From assembly GCA_028023455.1 (NCBI GenBank), contig JAQFVV010000003.1, positions 11,470,001 through 11,534,000 of the forward strand: a stretch of DNA of 64,000 nt, read 5' to 3'. The stretch is from Epiperipatus broadwayi (taxonomy: Eukaryota; Animalia; Onychophora). Made by a program: the position numbers and the translations under genes. Below, one piece after another: positions 26,681 to 39,279 of this stretch; position 1 is the stretch's first letter; each line of letters starts with the position of its first letter. The notes below the pieces were generated by a model. The model saw only the letters and a program-made list of their open reading frames with translations. It was not told the origin of the DNA and searched no databases.

Positions 26681-27336
26681 AATGCAAAAGTTACTAATCA
26701 AAAGCAGAGAGTGCTAAAAATGGATGAGGACCTAGATTGTCATTACATAATGTGTAATTATATATACAGTTTAAAAACCCCAATGACTGCATGAAATAAT
26801 AAAAATGTTTTGAATTTAAAAGAAAAAATGAAGAGATGACTTGAAAAGTGGGCATATATTTTAGTATAGTGACATAATTATTGAAAGTACAAGTGAAGTA
26901 GAGTTCACTTGTAAATGAAATATACATTTTTTTTACTATATATCAAACAGAATGACTAGATAATGATTCAGTTAAATGGAAGATGTCAAGCATATTTAAT
27001 TCACATTTCTGACTCAAGAACTACATTGATAAGAAAGTGGAAGACTCTTATTGAAATGTTTTTTATCATACTTTAAACAACATTTTAAAATGTTTGTTAG
27101 ATATTTTAATGCTAAAATTTAATAATTATTGAAATATGAAAGTTTTATGAGTATATTTAGATACACAGATAGTAATGCAAAAGGACATAAATTTATAAAA
27201 TGTAGAGGAAAAAAAACTGTATATTATAAAATCTGAAGTACCCAAATGAAAAAATAGCTGAACTGAATAATAATATAACAACCAAATAGTTAATACCTCA
27301 AGAATTCATAAAAAAAATTCATTTAATGGAATTAAT

Positions 27337-27395
27337 AGAGCTAGAACTGCAATCTATGGATTTTGGTTCCAAAGTCTATGATCCTACTACTGCAT
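27337..27395 (-). mobile_element. Decayed tRNA-derived SINE head
   Basis: Minus strand GCAGTAGTAGGATCATAGACTTTGGAACCAAAATCCATAGATTGCAGTTCTAGCTCT; similar to 35170-35237. Confidence 0.4.
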
Positions 27396-27406
27396 TAAAA
27401 TAAACC

Positions 27407-27628
27407 AGTATGTATGTGCATATATATATATATGGACTAATATTTATAAAAACTTTAATTTGTATAACAGATTCAACATAAAAAATTATCCTCAATTAGT
27501 AAGATATAAGATATGTCAAACTAGTATGTATGTATATATATAAATGGACTAATATTTATAAAAAGTTTAATGTGTATAACAGATTCAACATAAAAAATTA
27601 TCCTCAATTAGTAAGATGTAAGATATGT
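27407..27628. repeat. 116-bp tandem duplication
   Basis: GGACTAATATTTATAAAAA...GTATAACAGATTCAACATAAAAAATTATCCTCAATTAGTAAGAT twice. Confidence 0.9.
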
Positions 27629-28187
27629 GTTAATGCAAAGTTAGAGAAACAAAGGTTATTTTTAAGAAAAAATCAATGGTTATATCCTTAATTTTTAAAA
27701 ATATTCCAATGAATGTAAGTTAAAAATCTACAAATAATTTGAAAATATTGACTACTAGATGATTCTGAAATAACTAAAAATTCCTACACAAATAATGAGA
27801 GCAAAAGGAACAATTTTATCAGTAAATTTTCAACCTAGACAAGGCAATGCATGAAAAGAATAAAAGATATTGAATATCTTTAAATGACATATCCAGAAGA
27901 ATTGAATATCAGTAATTATGTAAAATGGTATCAAAAAGATTTAATAATGGCATAAAATATAATAAGGGAATAGTATGCAAAACTATAATGGAGAATAAAA
28001 GGTTCAAAGAAGTACAATAATATCTGGATATTGTAGAAAAAGTAATTTCAGCATAAAAAGAAAATAAAGCATTATTGTTAAAAAGGTGGATCTGAAACAG
28101 AATTCTATAAAGAACTTCTAAAATTCCACATTTTAATAAGATGAGATGAGATATGCAATTTAATCTACAAAAAAAGAAGAATATTTA

Positions 28188-28196
28188 TGAATGATG

Positions 28197-28234
<38 letters not shown>

Positions 28235-28277
28235 TTCATATCTTTAATATATATATATATATATATATTAAAGAGAT
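28188..28277. repeat. Two adjacent (TA)n tracts with inverted flanks
   Basis: TGAATGAT..(AT)n..ATCATTCA and ATCTTTAA..(TA)n..TTAAAGAGAT. Confidence 0.75.
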
Positions 28278-28284
28278 TTGGTTG

Positions 28285-28450
28285 CAGAAAAAAAAAATTG
28301 TTTAGTAAACTATGTAACAAATATACAAATGAAAAAGAGAGTAACTGGAAAAATGCAGTAGTCATATTAATAATTAAGAAAAGTAAAAAAGAAGACTTAG
28401 AAATTACAAAATATACGGACTCATTATCAGTTCTCTATAAGATTTTTATT
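28285..28450 (+). mobile_element. RTE-like RT fragment
   Basis: SNWKNAVVILIIKKSKKEDLE...SLSVLYKIF matches the RT domain 0/1 segment of the 24.6-26.7 kb copy. Confidence 0.65.
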
Positions 28451-30004
28451 TAAATCACTATAACCCATTTACTGTTTAGTGGTATAAAAAGATAGTGAAG
28501 CATTATGACTATCACTAAATGAATATAAATACAATAAGTGATTGAAAAATCAGCATCAGAAACTTATATAAGCAATAAACATAGCTTAATTAAGAATCAT
28601 CAATCAACCCTTGTAACCAGATTTAAAAAATCCTGATTATCATCTAACCAAATCTAAACTTGGATCATAACAATAAAATATCAATCACCAATATTTCACT
28701 TGCATACAACAAAAGTAATCATATTAAAAATTCTAGGATTATTATGTCAAAGCAGATCACATCATGAGTGTATTGGCCATCATTAAACTAGTCATTATTA
28801 TCATAAAACATATAAAGTGGGTAGACTTTAATGATGGCATTTATTATTATAGCACTATTTAAATAATTTAAAAAGAATTATATGCATGTTCACAAAACAC
28901 ATATATCTCATATACCATTAATCCGGAATTAGCCTTTGAATAATAAGGACTGATGATTTTAAAAAAAGAAATTGCACACATTAAATAATTTCACTGGAAT
29001 AACTTGAAATAATGATTAATATATTTATTGAATAGAAATGACAATAATTAAAAAAATGAAATTAGAGATCTGATAAATATTCTACATTACAAATATATTT
29101 TGATTTTGACTATTTACAAATATCAGAAAATATTTCCATAGAACGTAAGACAAAAATTATACATAAAACATTATTTATATTGTAATGAAAGATAAATGTT
29201 ACAACATTCAACAATAAAACACGTTATGACTACAAAAAGGAAGATTTATTGATGCTAAGTATTTTCGATACAACCATCACAACAATAGCAGAATAAAGAA
29301 AATGAGGAATTGTGATCCATAGGTAATTGTAAATTATAAATATGAAAATTTATCAATAAACACATATTTATGAGCACAAGTGCATGTCTAATAATATAAT
29401 ATATTCCAGTCATTAATAAACCAATAAATATTATACACATGTGCATTTTCTAATACAAAATGCTTCAATTTTTAATTCACAATTTTCTTTAATCTTTAAA
29501 CTGAATTATTCTTGCAATTTACTCATAGAAGATATCTAGATAATAGAACTTAACCACAAAATCCTGATAATATATTTTGATAATTTCATTATATTTTTCT
29601 AAATCAAGACTTTTATGAATGGAATAATTCAAAGAAAAACATGCCTACAGTTTCAATCACTTGGTGTACTTTTTCTTTTTCATTAGGCATTCAATTGCAA
29701 GTAGCAGATTAATTAAATACTTCTTTCCTTAGGGCATTATAAAATACATTTTTATTAACTACAAAGTTAACATTTGAAAGAATATGTCAATATATATTAT
29801 ACTTACTAGCCAAGTCTTTCATCTAGGTTTTATACATTTGTAAAATAGATCTCATATGTGGACAGTATATTTATATATGATTCACAATAGATTTATTTTA
29901 TCGGTGCTTCCATCTATATAAAGAGTAGAGTAGCATATTGTATAAAGTATAGCCCTATTGTCTCAAGATTAGACTTTCTTATATAGATTACTAGTATGAT
30001 ATAA

Positions 30005-30807
30005 GCTAAAGGAGTGAAAGTAAATGGAGATTATTTAAATCATTTAGATTTTGCAGATGATTCCAAATAATATTTTAGTGGTGCAAGAAATGTTGCAGGA
30101 GTTATCAGATGAAAGTAGGATTGAAGATCAATGTTAAAAAGACTAAAGTAATGTTTAATGGATTTTCTCAAAATATAAAAATAAAGATTGATTATGATGA
30201 GTTAGAAGAAGTTAACAGTTGCAAATACCTTGGTCAGAATATTAATACAGATGGAAACATAATGGAGGGAGTTAATCATAGAATTAAACTTGGTTGGAGT
30301 GCTTTTGGTAGAAATAACTTGATACTAAAAGGAAATATTCCTATGTGTTTGAAAAGGAATGTTTTTAATAAATATGTTTTACCAGTTCTTACTTATGGAT
30401 CTGAGACTTGGACACTTAATAGAAGAGCAATACAGAGACTTTAGACCACTCAAAGAAGTATGAAAAGATGCATATTGGGAGTAACAAGAAAAGATCGAAA
30501 ATGCAATATATGGATAAAAGAACAAATAGGTGTTATCGACCTCATTGAAAAAATTAAAAGACTGAAATGGAGTTGGGCTGGACATATTGCTAGAAGAGAT
30601 GATAATAAATGGACAATTGAAATCTTAAACTGGATTCCAAGAGATTGTAAAACACCCAGAAAGAGATCACATGTGAGATGTATGGATGAAATAAGAAAGT
30701 GTGTAGGGGTGATGTGGAAAAGAGACGCTAATGATAGGAGAAGATGGATTGAATTTGGAGAGACCTTCACCCTGCAGTGGATTGATAGTGGTTGATGATG
30801 ATGATAT
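30005..30807 (+). mobile_element. RTE-clade LINE, 5'-truncated 3' copy
   Basis: GVKVNGDYLNHLDFADD, GLKINVKKTKVM, KYLGQ, VLPVLTYGSETW, KWSWAGHIARR; ends TGATGATGATGAT. Confidence 0.92.
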
Positions 30808-31949
30808 TCAGGTTAACAGTTGGTCACAGTAATGCTGATGACCCTCAACTCATTTCAGCTTCTATAATATGTGACAAGAGTGTTTACTTCATATTTATTG
30901 AGCTATGAAATCATAGAGAAGACATCCTATTTTATTTCTGGATTTCAAACTTGAATAGCATGGAGATTAACAGCAATTGCCCTTTGAAACTGACTTTTTT
31001 TTCAAAGGAAGGTTTACTGTTATAAAGGTTACAAAGGAAGGTTTATTGTTACAAAGATGTATAATTTGATGACATTTGCTATGAGCAAGACAGCTCTGTG
31101 TTGCAAATCCAACCCTATAAACTAACATATTTAACTTAAACATGGGTATACAATGAATAATATTACTTTACATTCATCATTAAAACAAATAAGTACATAG
31201 ATTTAAAAAAAAAGCATGGATACTCTCCAGGTCTATATAATTAATCAATTAAACTAAAAGCACTATTTACAGTAGCTATGGAGGAATGTGTAAACAGGAG
31301 GATCAACAGTATTTTTTCTCTTGCTTAATAAACAATTGCCATTGTTCTACTTTTTAAATTTACATCCATCAAAACTAAAACAAATTTTTAAATATCTAAT
31401 CTTTTAAATAAAAATAGATTATAGAATTATCTCTATAATTAATATACATTTCAGAAAAAATAATTTTGTTAAGATTAAAAATAGTTTTCTTTTGTTACAT
31501 TAAAAATTTTACATTTTTATCAAAATCATAAATAAAACAAATAAAATATTCCCATTAAATAGAGACCATTTGATTTTAAATAATTTACAATATTTCAAAA
31601 ATAGCAAAACATTATTATTCATATTTCATTTATTCCAGATTTTATTTCAAATAATTATATACAAATTAAAAAGGGTGTGAAACACTTGAACGAGAAGCTA
31701 TAAAGATTCCACAAATTATTATAGGCTAAGCGCTTTCTAGGCCATTTGCCTCATATTCATGTTGTCTTTATTCATTTCTACTTTTCTTTTTAGGCTTTAA
31801 ATATATATATGCTATGCTTTGAGATCAACATGAATATAAAATCCAGGCTAAAAAAATAAGCTGTATTTAAAGACACTATATATAGCACAGAAAATTACAT
31901 CCCTTGCTTTAAAAAGATAATAGAAAAAAGCAATTATTATGATCTATCA

Positions 31950-32640
31950 TATTGTATTGAATTTATAATTCTCTCTATAAGCAATAAATGTTGAGATTGA
32001 AGAATTAGAATATCAAAATATAGATTCAAGATATTGTCAAATTCCAAAGAAAATTTCATGGTAATGGTAAGATTACATTGTTATACTAAAAGGATATTAT
32101 TAAGATAATAGAGTATATGTCAAAATGACTTCATCTTTCTAAAACTTTTTATGGCAATTTTATAGACAAATTTTTAATTAAAATTGAAATCAAAAATAAG
32201 TAGAAATTAGGTAAGTCACTTCAATTTTACAAATAATGTATCAGAACTTCAGAAAATATTATAAAAACTAACATTATCAGAATATATAAACTGAATTAGA
32301 AAATACTACAATAGAATAATAATAACTATAGAAATAAGCTATTATTCTAGATAAATAGATGATATTTTAATAAATGGAGACAAAGGAGCTATGAATAAGA
32401 TTTATAATGATCTTAATAACAATATGCTTTACATTATCTTTACATGTATAGAATTTGAACTTAAAAATATTTAGATAATGAAATTTTTAAAACAATAATG
32501 ATGATAAAATTAAAATAAAACATTTTATTAAAAAGACAATTTAAGGAAAAATAATTCCCACAGAACCACAACAAGCATTGACATAAAAACTATAAGATAT
32601 TTTAAATACAAAAATAATAAACACAATACTGATATAAATA
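31950..32640 (+). mobile_element. Highly decayed Penelope-like RT remnant
   Basis: YYSR*IDDILING...LNN...IIFTCIEFE resembles the PLE segment RYVDDI...LN...I.FT.E.E. Confidence 0.5.
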
Positions 32641-35169
32641 TAGATAAATTATAAAAAGAACAGTTTATTTAAGTATATTAAAAATATGGATATAATTCAA
32701 AACTATGTGAAAAGTATACATGTACTATATAAATAATAATAGCATTATTCCTTTAAAATAATAATAATAATTTAAGAATCATATATATGAATATTATATG
32801 CTCCAATGCTTTACAAGCACTAATAAATAAATAAAAAACTTTTAGCTTGTCAGTATGGTTATAAATGCATAATATGTTTTTTGTTTTTTTTTTGCTACTT
32901 AATATATATAATAATCGTATGTGAAAATACATACATTACAGTGAGAAAAACAATAAAACTGCTGGAAATGCTTTTTTTTAATGGGCATCAGAGCTAGCTG
33001 CAACTAACAGCCCAGGGTTACACAAATTATGTTTCTAAAATCTCTTGATAGCAATTCTGCACAGCCTTGAACAGGCTGTCTGCCAATAGCAGCAAAAACT
33101 TTTTTTTGTTTTTTTTTTTGTAGTAACTAGTACAATTTTTGTAATTGCATAATCTTTTTGCTTTTATATATTTACTCTATATAAACAAAGAATTTATTAA
33201 ATTAAAACATAGCACAAGATTGGTCTTAATTTTTTTCATTTCCTATTTACGATGCTTAATATAAACAATCCTTTATTTACATAAATAATATATTCCACAA
33301 CTTCAAGTTTAAGTTGAATTTTTACAAAAACTGGGTTTCCATTCAGATGCATGTTACCATTAACATGATTCACAATATGTGAATAGTTTTAATAAATAAA
33401 AGCCAGATCTAGAATATACTTCAAAGATAATCACAATATAAAACAAACAAAAGCTGGAAGATATTGAATTATAAATCATACTTTTTGAAATTTTTTACAC
33501 TTACATTTGCATGCCAGAATGTGTTTGTTTAAATCTAGATTTACATATATTGCACAGAGAACTGTCACTGGCCACATTCTAGTGATTTGCATTAAGTGCC
33601 AAGCTCAGTATGTTTTTTGGAAGTAAACATTTATTTTACTTTATGGGAGGTGTTCATTTGTTATCCAAACTTTAGAATTTTAAAATCTCTAATTTTTTTA
33701 AATACTTTATTTATTTCAATTTTATAGCAATAAAGATAAAAGGTAAAGTAATCTTTTTTTATAAATCCACTGCAAGATATAGGCTTTCTAACAACCTCTC
33801 ATAAAAAAACAGGGAAGGAAAGAGCAGTACTCATCTAGCGGCCAAATTCTGGATTGTGAGGATTCGAACAGTTCGCATTCTTATTTTACTATTTAACTAA
33901 AATTAGCTGGATAACCATTTATTATCTAATGTTGGATAATTAGACCAGACTCACTTGAAATCAGTTTTGAAGCAATGTCATAGACATGACAGGCAAATGT
34001 GTAACCCTATACCACAAGACTCTTTATTTCAATAATAGAAAAAATATAATTTACTACTCGACTTTTTTTTATTAATAATTTATAAATTGTTTTTCTACTC
34101 AACGAAAAAAAAAAAAATCTTTCTTCTTAAAAAAAAAAAAAAACACTCCACAAAAAATATACACATTATAAATCATCTAAAATTCCTTCAAAAGATTTAT
34201 TATAATATTTGGAAACTGCTGAGAGAACCATGATCTTTTCTAATCTAACTTCTTAACCTCATGGTTGGATACAACTTGTAAAACATTTATGATAAATTAC
34301 TTTTTCCACCTGTCTCAAAGACCTCCTTCCTTTTCTTTTAACTTAAAATTCAATTCAAAATAATCTACATAAAAGATAATAAAAAAGCAACTATTTCATG
34401 ACAACTCAAGAATCAGTGATTAAATCATCACTTTAATTGAAATAAGTTTTATAATTAAAAATAAATATAATTTTCAAAAAAATCAGATCAAGTTAATTAT
34501 TGAATCAACTTTTTAACATAAATATAATCTTTTAATCTACTACTATTAACATATTCCAGGCAAGTACACTGGCTATTACCAAAACTAACTTCTATTATTG
34601 CTATCTACTGAGATACTTAAGAAAAAAAAGCTCATTAAATGATGATTTAAATCCATAATATATTTAGAAAACTGCTGTAGGAAAATATATTTTATCTTCT
34701 ATACAACATAATGGTATTAAACAATATCAGCCTCTTACACTTAAGGTTTAGGGTTTAATTCTAAACTAAGTCAAATTATTTTTTTAAATGTTTCTATTTT
34801 TCTCTCAGCTAATATCCAATCCAGATAATCATTCATCATTGGACTATAAATAGATATCTAGTTATCTTTAGCTGGTGGGTAAAATAAATAGAAAAAACAC
34901 CCAAAACCTCACTACTGACATATAACAAATCTAGCAAACATTGCCTTCTCCTTAAGTATTTGTGTGTGTGTGTGAAGAAATGTTAAGCCTTTGCATTGCA
35001 GTAGTGACCTATTTATTAAAAAGGTTAATTTAGCTTTTACCTTAAATTCTCTATGGGAAATCACCTTAAATTAATTTGAAATAATTACTTTAGCAACAGA
35101 TATTAGAATAAACTGAGCTAAAAAGAGAGAAGTGCTGACAAACTAAGACAAGTAATGTTCAAATATCTT

Positions 35170-35237
35170 AGTATAGTGATAGAGTAGTAGGCTCTGGAGC
35201 TCAAAACCCATGATTTGCAACTCCAGCTTTGTCACTT
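35170..35237 (+). mobile_element. Decayed tRNA-derived SINE head (MIR-like wording)
   Basis: AGTATAGTGATAGAGTAGTAGGCTCTGGAGCTCAAAACCCATGATTTGCAACTCCAGCTTTGTCACTT. Confidence 0.45.
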
Positions 35238-35408
35238 TCAGTGCTCAAAGTTCATATGAACTCCTAGTCTATAAATCATTTCATTATTTATTTTATTTTG
35301 TTAAATACAATGTTGCCTGGATATCTAGATGTACTTTCCAAGAATGTGATATACAAATAATCAAGGCAATAGAGTAAAATATTTTGAACTTACTATTAAT
35401 ATGTACTA

Positions 35409-35453
35409 TGATAAGAAGATTAACATTGATAAGAAGATTAACATTGATAAGAA
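35409..35453. repeat. 18-bp tandem repeat, 2.5 copies
   Basis: TGATAAGAAGATTAACAT repeated. Confidence 0.9.
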
Positions 35454-35769
35454 TGATTTCTTATTTCCAAAACATTTTTCTGCAGTGTTCTGATAAATAT
35501 TTTGTAAATTGAAATAAAATATGGCAATTAAATCATCTAAATTTTGCATATAATTTGCTTATTTTTAAAAATAATGCTTTACAGCTTTGGAAAAATTACA
35601 AGAGCTATCAGAATAAAAGCAATAAAGTAGACTAAAAACAAATTCTAAAAAGATTAATATAAGGGAAAAATAAAGATATTTAATAATAAACTAAAAGAAA
35701 TTAATAGCAACAAATATCATGATTGGATTATTAATATAACTAGATTTCATATTAAGTAAAATTAATCAT

Positions 35770-36265
35770 AGAATTAAATTTGGATGAATTGCTTTTAGTA
35801 GAATGAATTTAATATTAAAAGAAAAAATGGTAATGTTTTTGAAAAGGAAAATTTTTGATAGATGCATATTACAATTTCTTACACATGGTTCTAAGATGTG
35901 GATGCTTAAGAGAAGAGAAAAACAAAGACTTCAAATCACATGAGAAAATACAATAAGCTGTATATTGAGAGTTACAAGGAAAGACCAAAAGCAAAATATA
36001 TGTATAATAAAACAATATGTATTAATAAAAAAATTAAGAGAATGGACTAAATGGGATGGCTTGATTGGTAAAAAGGATAATAATAGATGGACAATTGAAG
36101 TTTTAAACTAAATTCCAAAAGACTTTCAAAAAAAGACTCTATGTAACATGATTGTTATAAGAAAGTTTGCTGAAGTGATATAGAGAAGAAAGGCTATGGA
36201 TTGGAGAATCTAGACTAAAAAAAAGATCTTCATCCTGTAGTGGATTGATAATGGTTGAAAATGAT
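35770..36265 (+). mobile_element. Older RTE-clade 3' fragment (same family as 30005-30807)
   Basis: Clear nucleotide similarity, including CATCCTGTAGTGGATTGATAATGGTTGA at the 3' end. Confidence 0.8.
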
Positions 36266-36772
36266 ATTTATTTCTTAAAAGTGTGATCTATAATCAATTT
36301 AACTATCCATCCAGTTACAATTGCATAGCTATTCATAGGTAAAAGGTAAAATCATAAACCCCTCAATAATCACAAGTTGACTGGTTACTATGTTCCATCA
36401 TTACTCTCTGTAAAAAAATATTCAACAGCATTTGGTCCTGCATTAAGTTAATTAAAGCTAGTATATTATCTTTTAACTTTAAATTTTAAAATTTTTTAAT
36501 TTTACTTATAAAAAAATGTTAAAAATTCACAAAGTATGTCTATTATTTATCTATAGTACTTATTTATCTATACATACTTGTCTTCTATAAAAGTTTTTTT
36601 TATCTTACAAAATATAATTTACAGAAATAGTTCATAAATAATAATTCATTTCTATTACTTTTTTAAATTCATAATCCGACACACTTATAATTTTTTTTTT
36701 TTAAATAAAAATAAAATTTATTTTACAAAAAAAAAGTTGCATCGTGATTTTTGGCAATATCAAATCAATATA

Positions 36773-37714
36773 TACCTGGGTCTCATTTTACGCGATAGAT
36801 AGGTTCCTCAGAAAACATGCGCAAATGAAATCGCGCAAAAGTAGACGTAACTTACCTTGAAAAAGGGGGGATACGGACTGAGATTTTTCAAAAGTCGCGT
36901 AAGAGCAAAGCACCAACGTAAAATTACTTTAAAATTCATGCAAAAAAAAAAAAAGAAAATAAAATATGACTAATAAAAATTTTCAAATTTGAAAAAAATT
37001 GATACAAGACAAACTTTTTTTATGCATAATTTACAGTAATTTACATTTTTTTATATATGTTTTAATTATTATCGCGATTTGCCGATAAACAGGTTTGTTT
37101 GCAAACTCGTAAAAAAATCAGATTCTTCACATGAGAAAATACAACTAGCACCAATGTCACTTTCATGTTGTTAATGGTTTTCTGGTGACAACGTAATTAG
37201 TAATTAATCTAACAACTAAAAATTAAATTCTTATTTTGTCTTTAATTTTTTAATTTTCAATTTTAATTGTGCTCCCTGCTATTACTGATTACAAATAAAC
37301 TTGCAGACACTAAATGATTAATAATTGATTACATTCTTTTTTAAAAAATAAAAACAGAATGTGATTTAAAATGCAAAATTAACATGCACAATGTTTGAAC
37401 AAATTTACATTATGCACAATGTTTGAACAAATTTACATTATAATCTTGTAAAATTTAATGTGTGTATACATAAAATGTGGAAATCATGATTTTAATTTCA
37501 TTATTGCATAAAATCTTACTATTATAAAGCACTGAAAATATTGAAATTACTAAGATTAAAGTCGAATTCCAATAACGTGCTATTACTTTCAATATACACG
37601 AAATTTATTATTTAAAGTAATAGCGCATTATCGGAGTTCGACTTCCGGTGAAACATGGAATCGCGTAACTTCAAAATCGTGTTAAATAAGTCCGTGTAAA
37701 AAGAGACCCAGGTG
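36773..37714. mobile_element. pogo/Tigger-like non-autonomous DNA transposon (MITE), about 942 bp
   Basis: TIRs (T/C)ACCTGGGTCTC(A/T)TTTTAC(G/A)CG, TA on both sides, CpG-rich, no ORF. Internal 28-bp tandem duplication (37385-37440) and 31-bp hairpin (37559-37644). Confidence 0.85.
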
Positions 37715-38501
37715 TACATTTTCTTTTGTCAGAAATTAATAAAGAAATTTATTTTTAAATAGTTTTAAGTGCAGCATTTTTGAACCCCATATGACACCTT
37801 ACAATCAACAATTAATAATTTGCAAACTGTTACAAAATTAATGTCAATCAAAGATTAACTTTAAGAATTGAAAAAAAAACCCAATCATTTAATAAATGGA
37901 AAATGATCCATATTATATACATGTACATAGTTTTAAGTGTCAGTAATACTTCAAATGTTTCAGACTTGAACATATTGCTTCTCAATGTAGTAGTGGAAAT
38001 TACAATAGTTGTAAAAAAACTGACAGACTTGGTCATTTGTGCAATAATAAATATAAGACTACTTTATGGGCTAATATAACTTCTAAAAATGCAAGCCCAT
38101 TTTGGACATGAGTTATCACATTAATAATAAAACTTCACTTGCATTGCAGTCTGAAAAATGAATGTGATTAACACAATCCGGTCAAGAATGCAGCATCAGT
38201 AACACTTCCACTGATGTATCACCAATAAATTGCCATTATGAGATCATATTAATCCATGGACCTGTTGTATTTTTGTAAAAATTGCATACAAGTTTGTGCA
38301 TTCCAGAAAAACTACAATTTATTTGAGAGGGTGTTTTTAGATCGTGTACTGATAACAGGAATTTAATTAAAGCATTAACATAATGGCAATCAACAATTCC
38401 AAGAAATATTTGCTGATTGCAAATATTTCTAAATAAGAGACCTTATCTTATTGGACAATGTAATTAATTGTTGCAGTTATCAGGAAGCTATAAAAAGAGT
38501 A

Positions 38502-39100
38502 TGTAACAACTACGTCTGGCAATTCGAGTGCATCTCTAATAGACTTTCCTGTTCAAATCCAGTAGGAGAGATCTCACATCAGTGCTTCAATTAATGTTCA
38601 GCACTCAGTGGAAATGTAGTTCACAGGTATAGCTGAAAGGTCCCACAGAGATTGGGAGACAGTAGCCTGAGGAAACTGTCAGGATAGCAGCTGAATAAAG
38701 AATTGAGTTTCCAGCGTTTTTCAAGTGGAGTTACTGGTAGACTGTTGCAGAGACAGAAGCTGTAAGGAGCTTAAAGTCAGTTGTAGTGCTATACTATGAA
38801 GCGTTCATGTGCAGCTAAACTAGACTGGGGCCAAGGTATGTGTAAACCTAGCCCATTGTGAACCATTTTTGTAGCAGCCAGCCTGAATGTACATCGAGGA
38901 AATTGAACATTAGCGAACTGTAGAGATAGAGTTGTTGCGGACTATTCGCTATTCTGATTACTTAAAAAATATTGTGAATCTTTTATCGTATACATTCATT
39001 TGCTGGCTGCTAAGTCATACTTGCGGACACAGCAGGACTCAAATAAAAGTAATACGTAGAATTCAGTTCTGTGTTGTGATAAAGATACCCCATGCACTAA
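38502..39100 (+). mobile_element. Possible solo-LTR-like segment
   Basis: Starts TGTAAC, retains CpG, and has AATAAA followed by TTCAGTTCTGTGTTGTG near its end. No matching terminal IR or TSD found. Confidence 0.3.
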
Positions 39101-39279
39101 ACAAAAAATAAAACCTAATTATGAAGCACCTAATAAAATTAATTCTTCTGCCAATAAAAATAGTAAAAGAGCTACTATAACTGACTATGACACCAAACAT
39201 ACCAACAAAAAGCATCACTCCAACTCCTCAAAAATATATGTCAAGCATTAAAATTTGCCACAATAAATATGTGAGGAGT

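Noticed and set aside
33860-33895. Resemblance of the minus-strand CGAATCCTCAC to U12 snRNA
   Set aside because: Only an 11-nt match, with no U12 5' end, Sm site or 3' stem-loops.
38100-38330. piggyBac-like YN..M..D motif on the minus strand
   Set aside because: The match is too weak, with several stops and no TTAA/TIR found.
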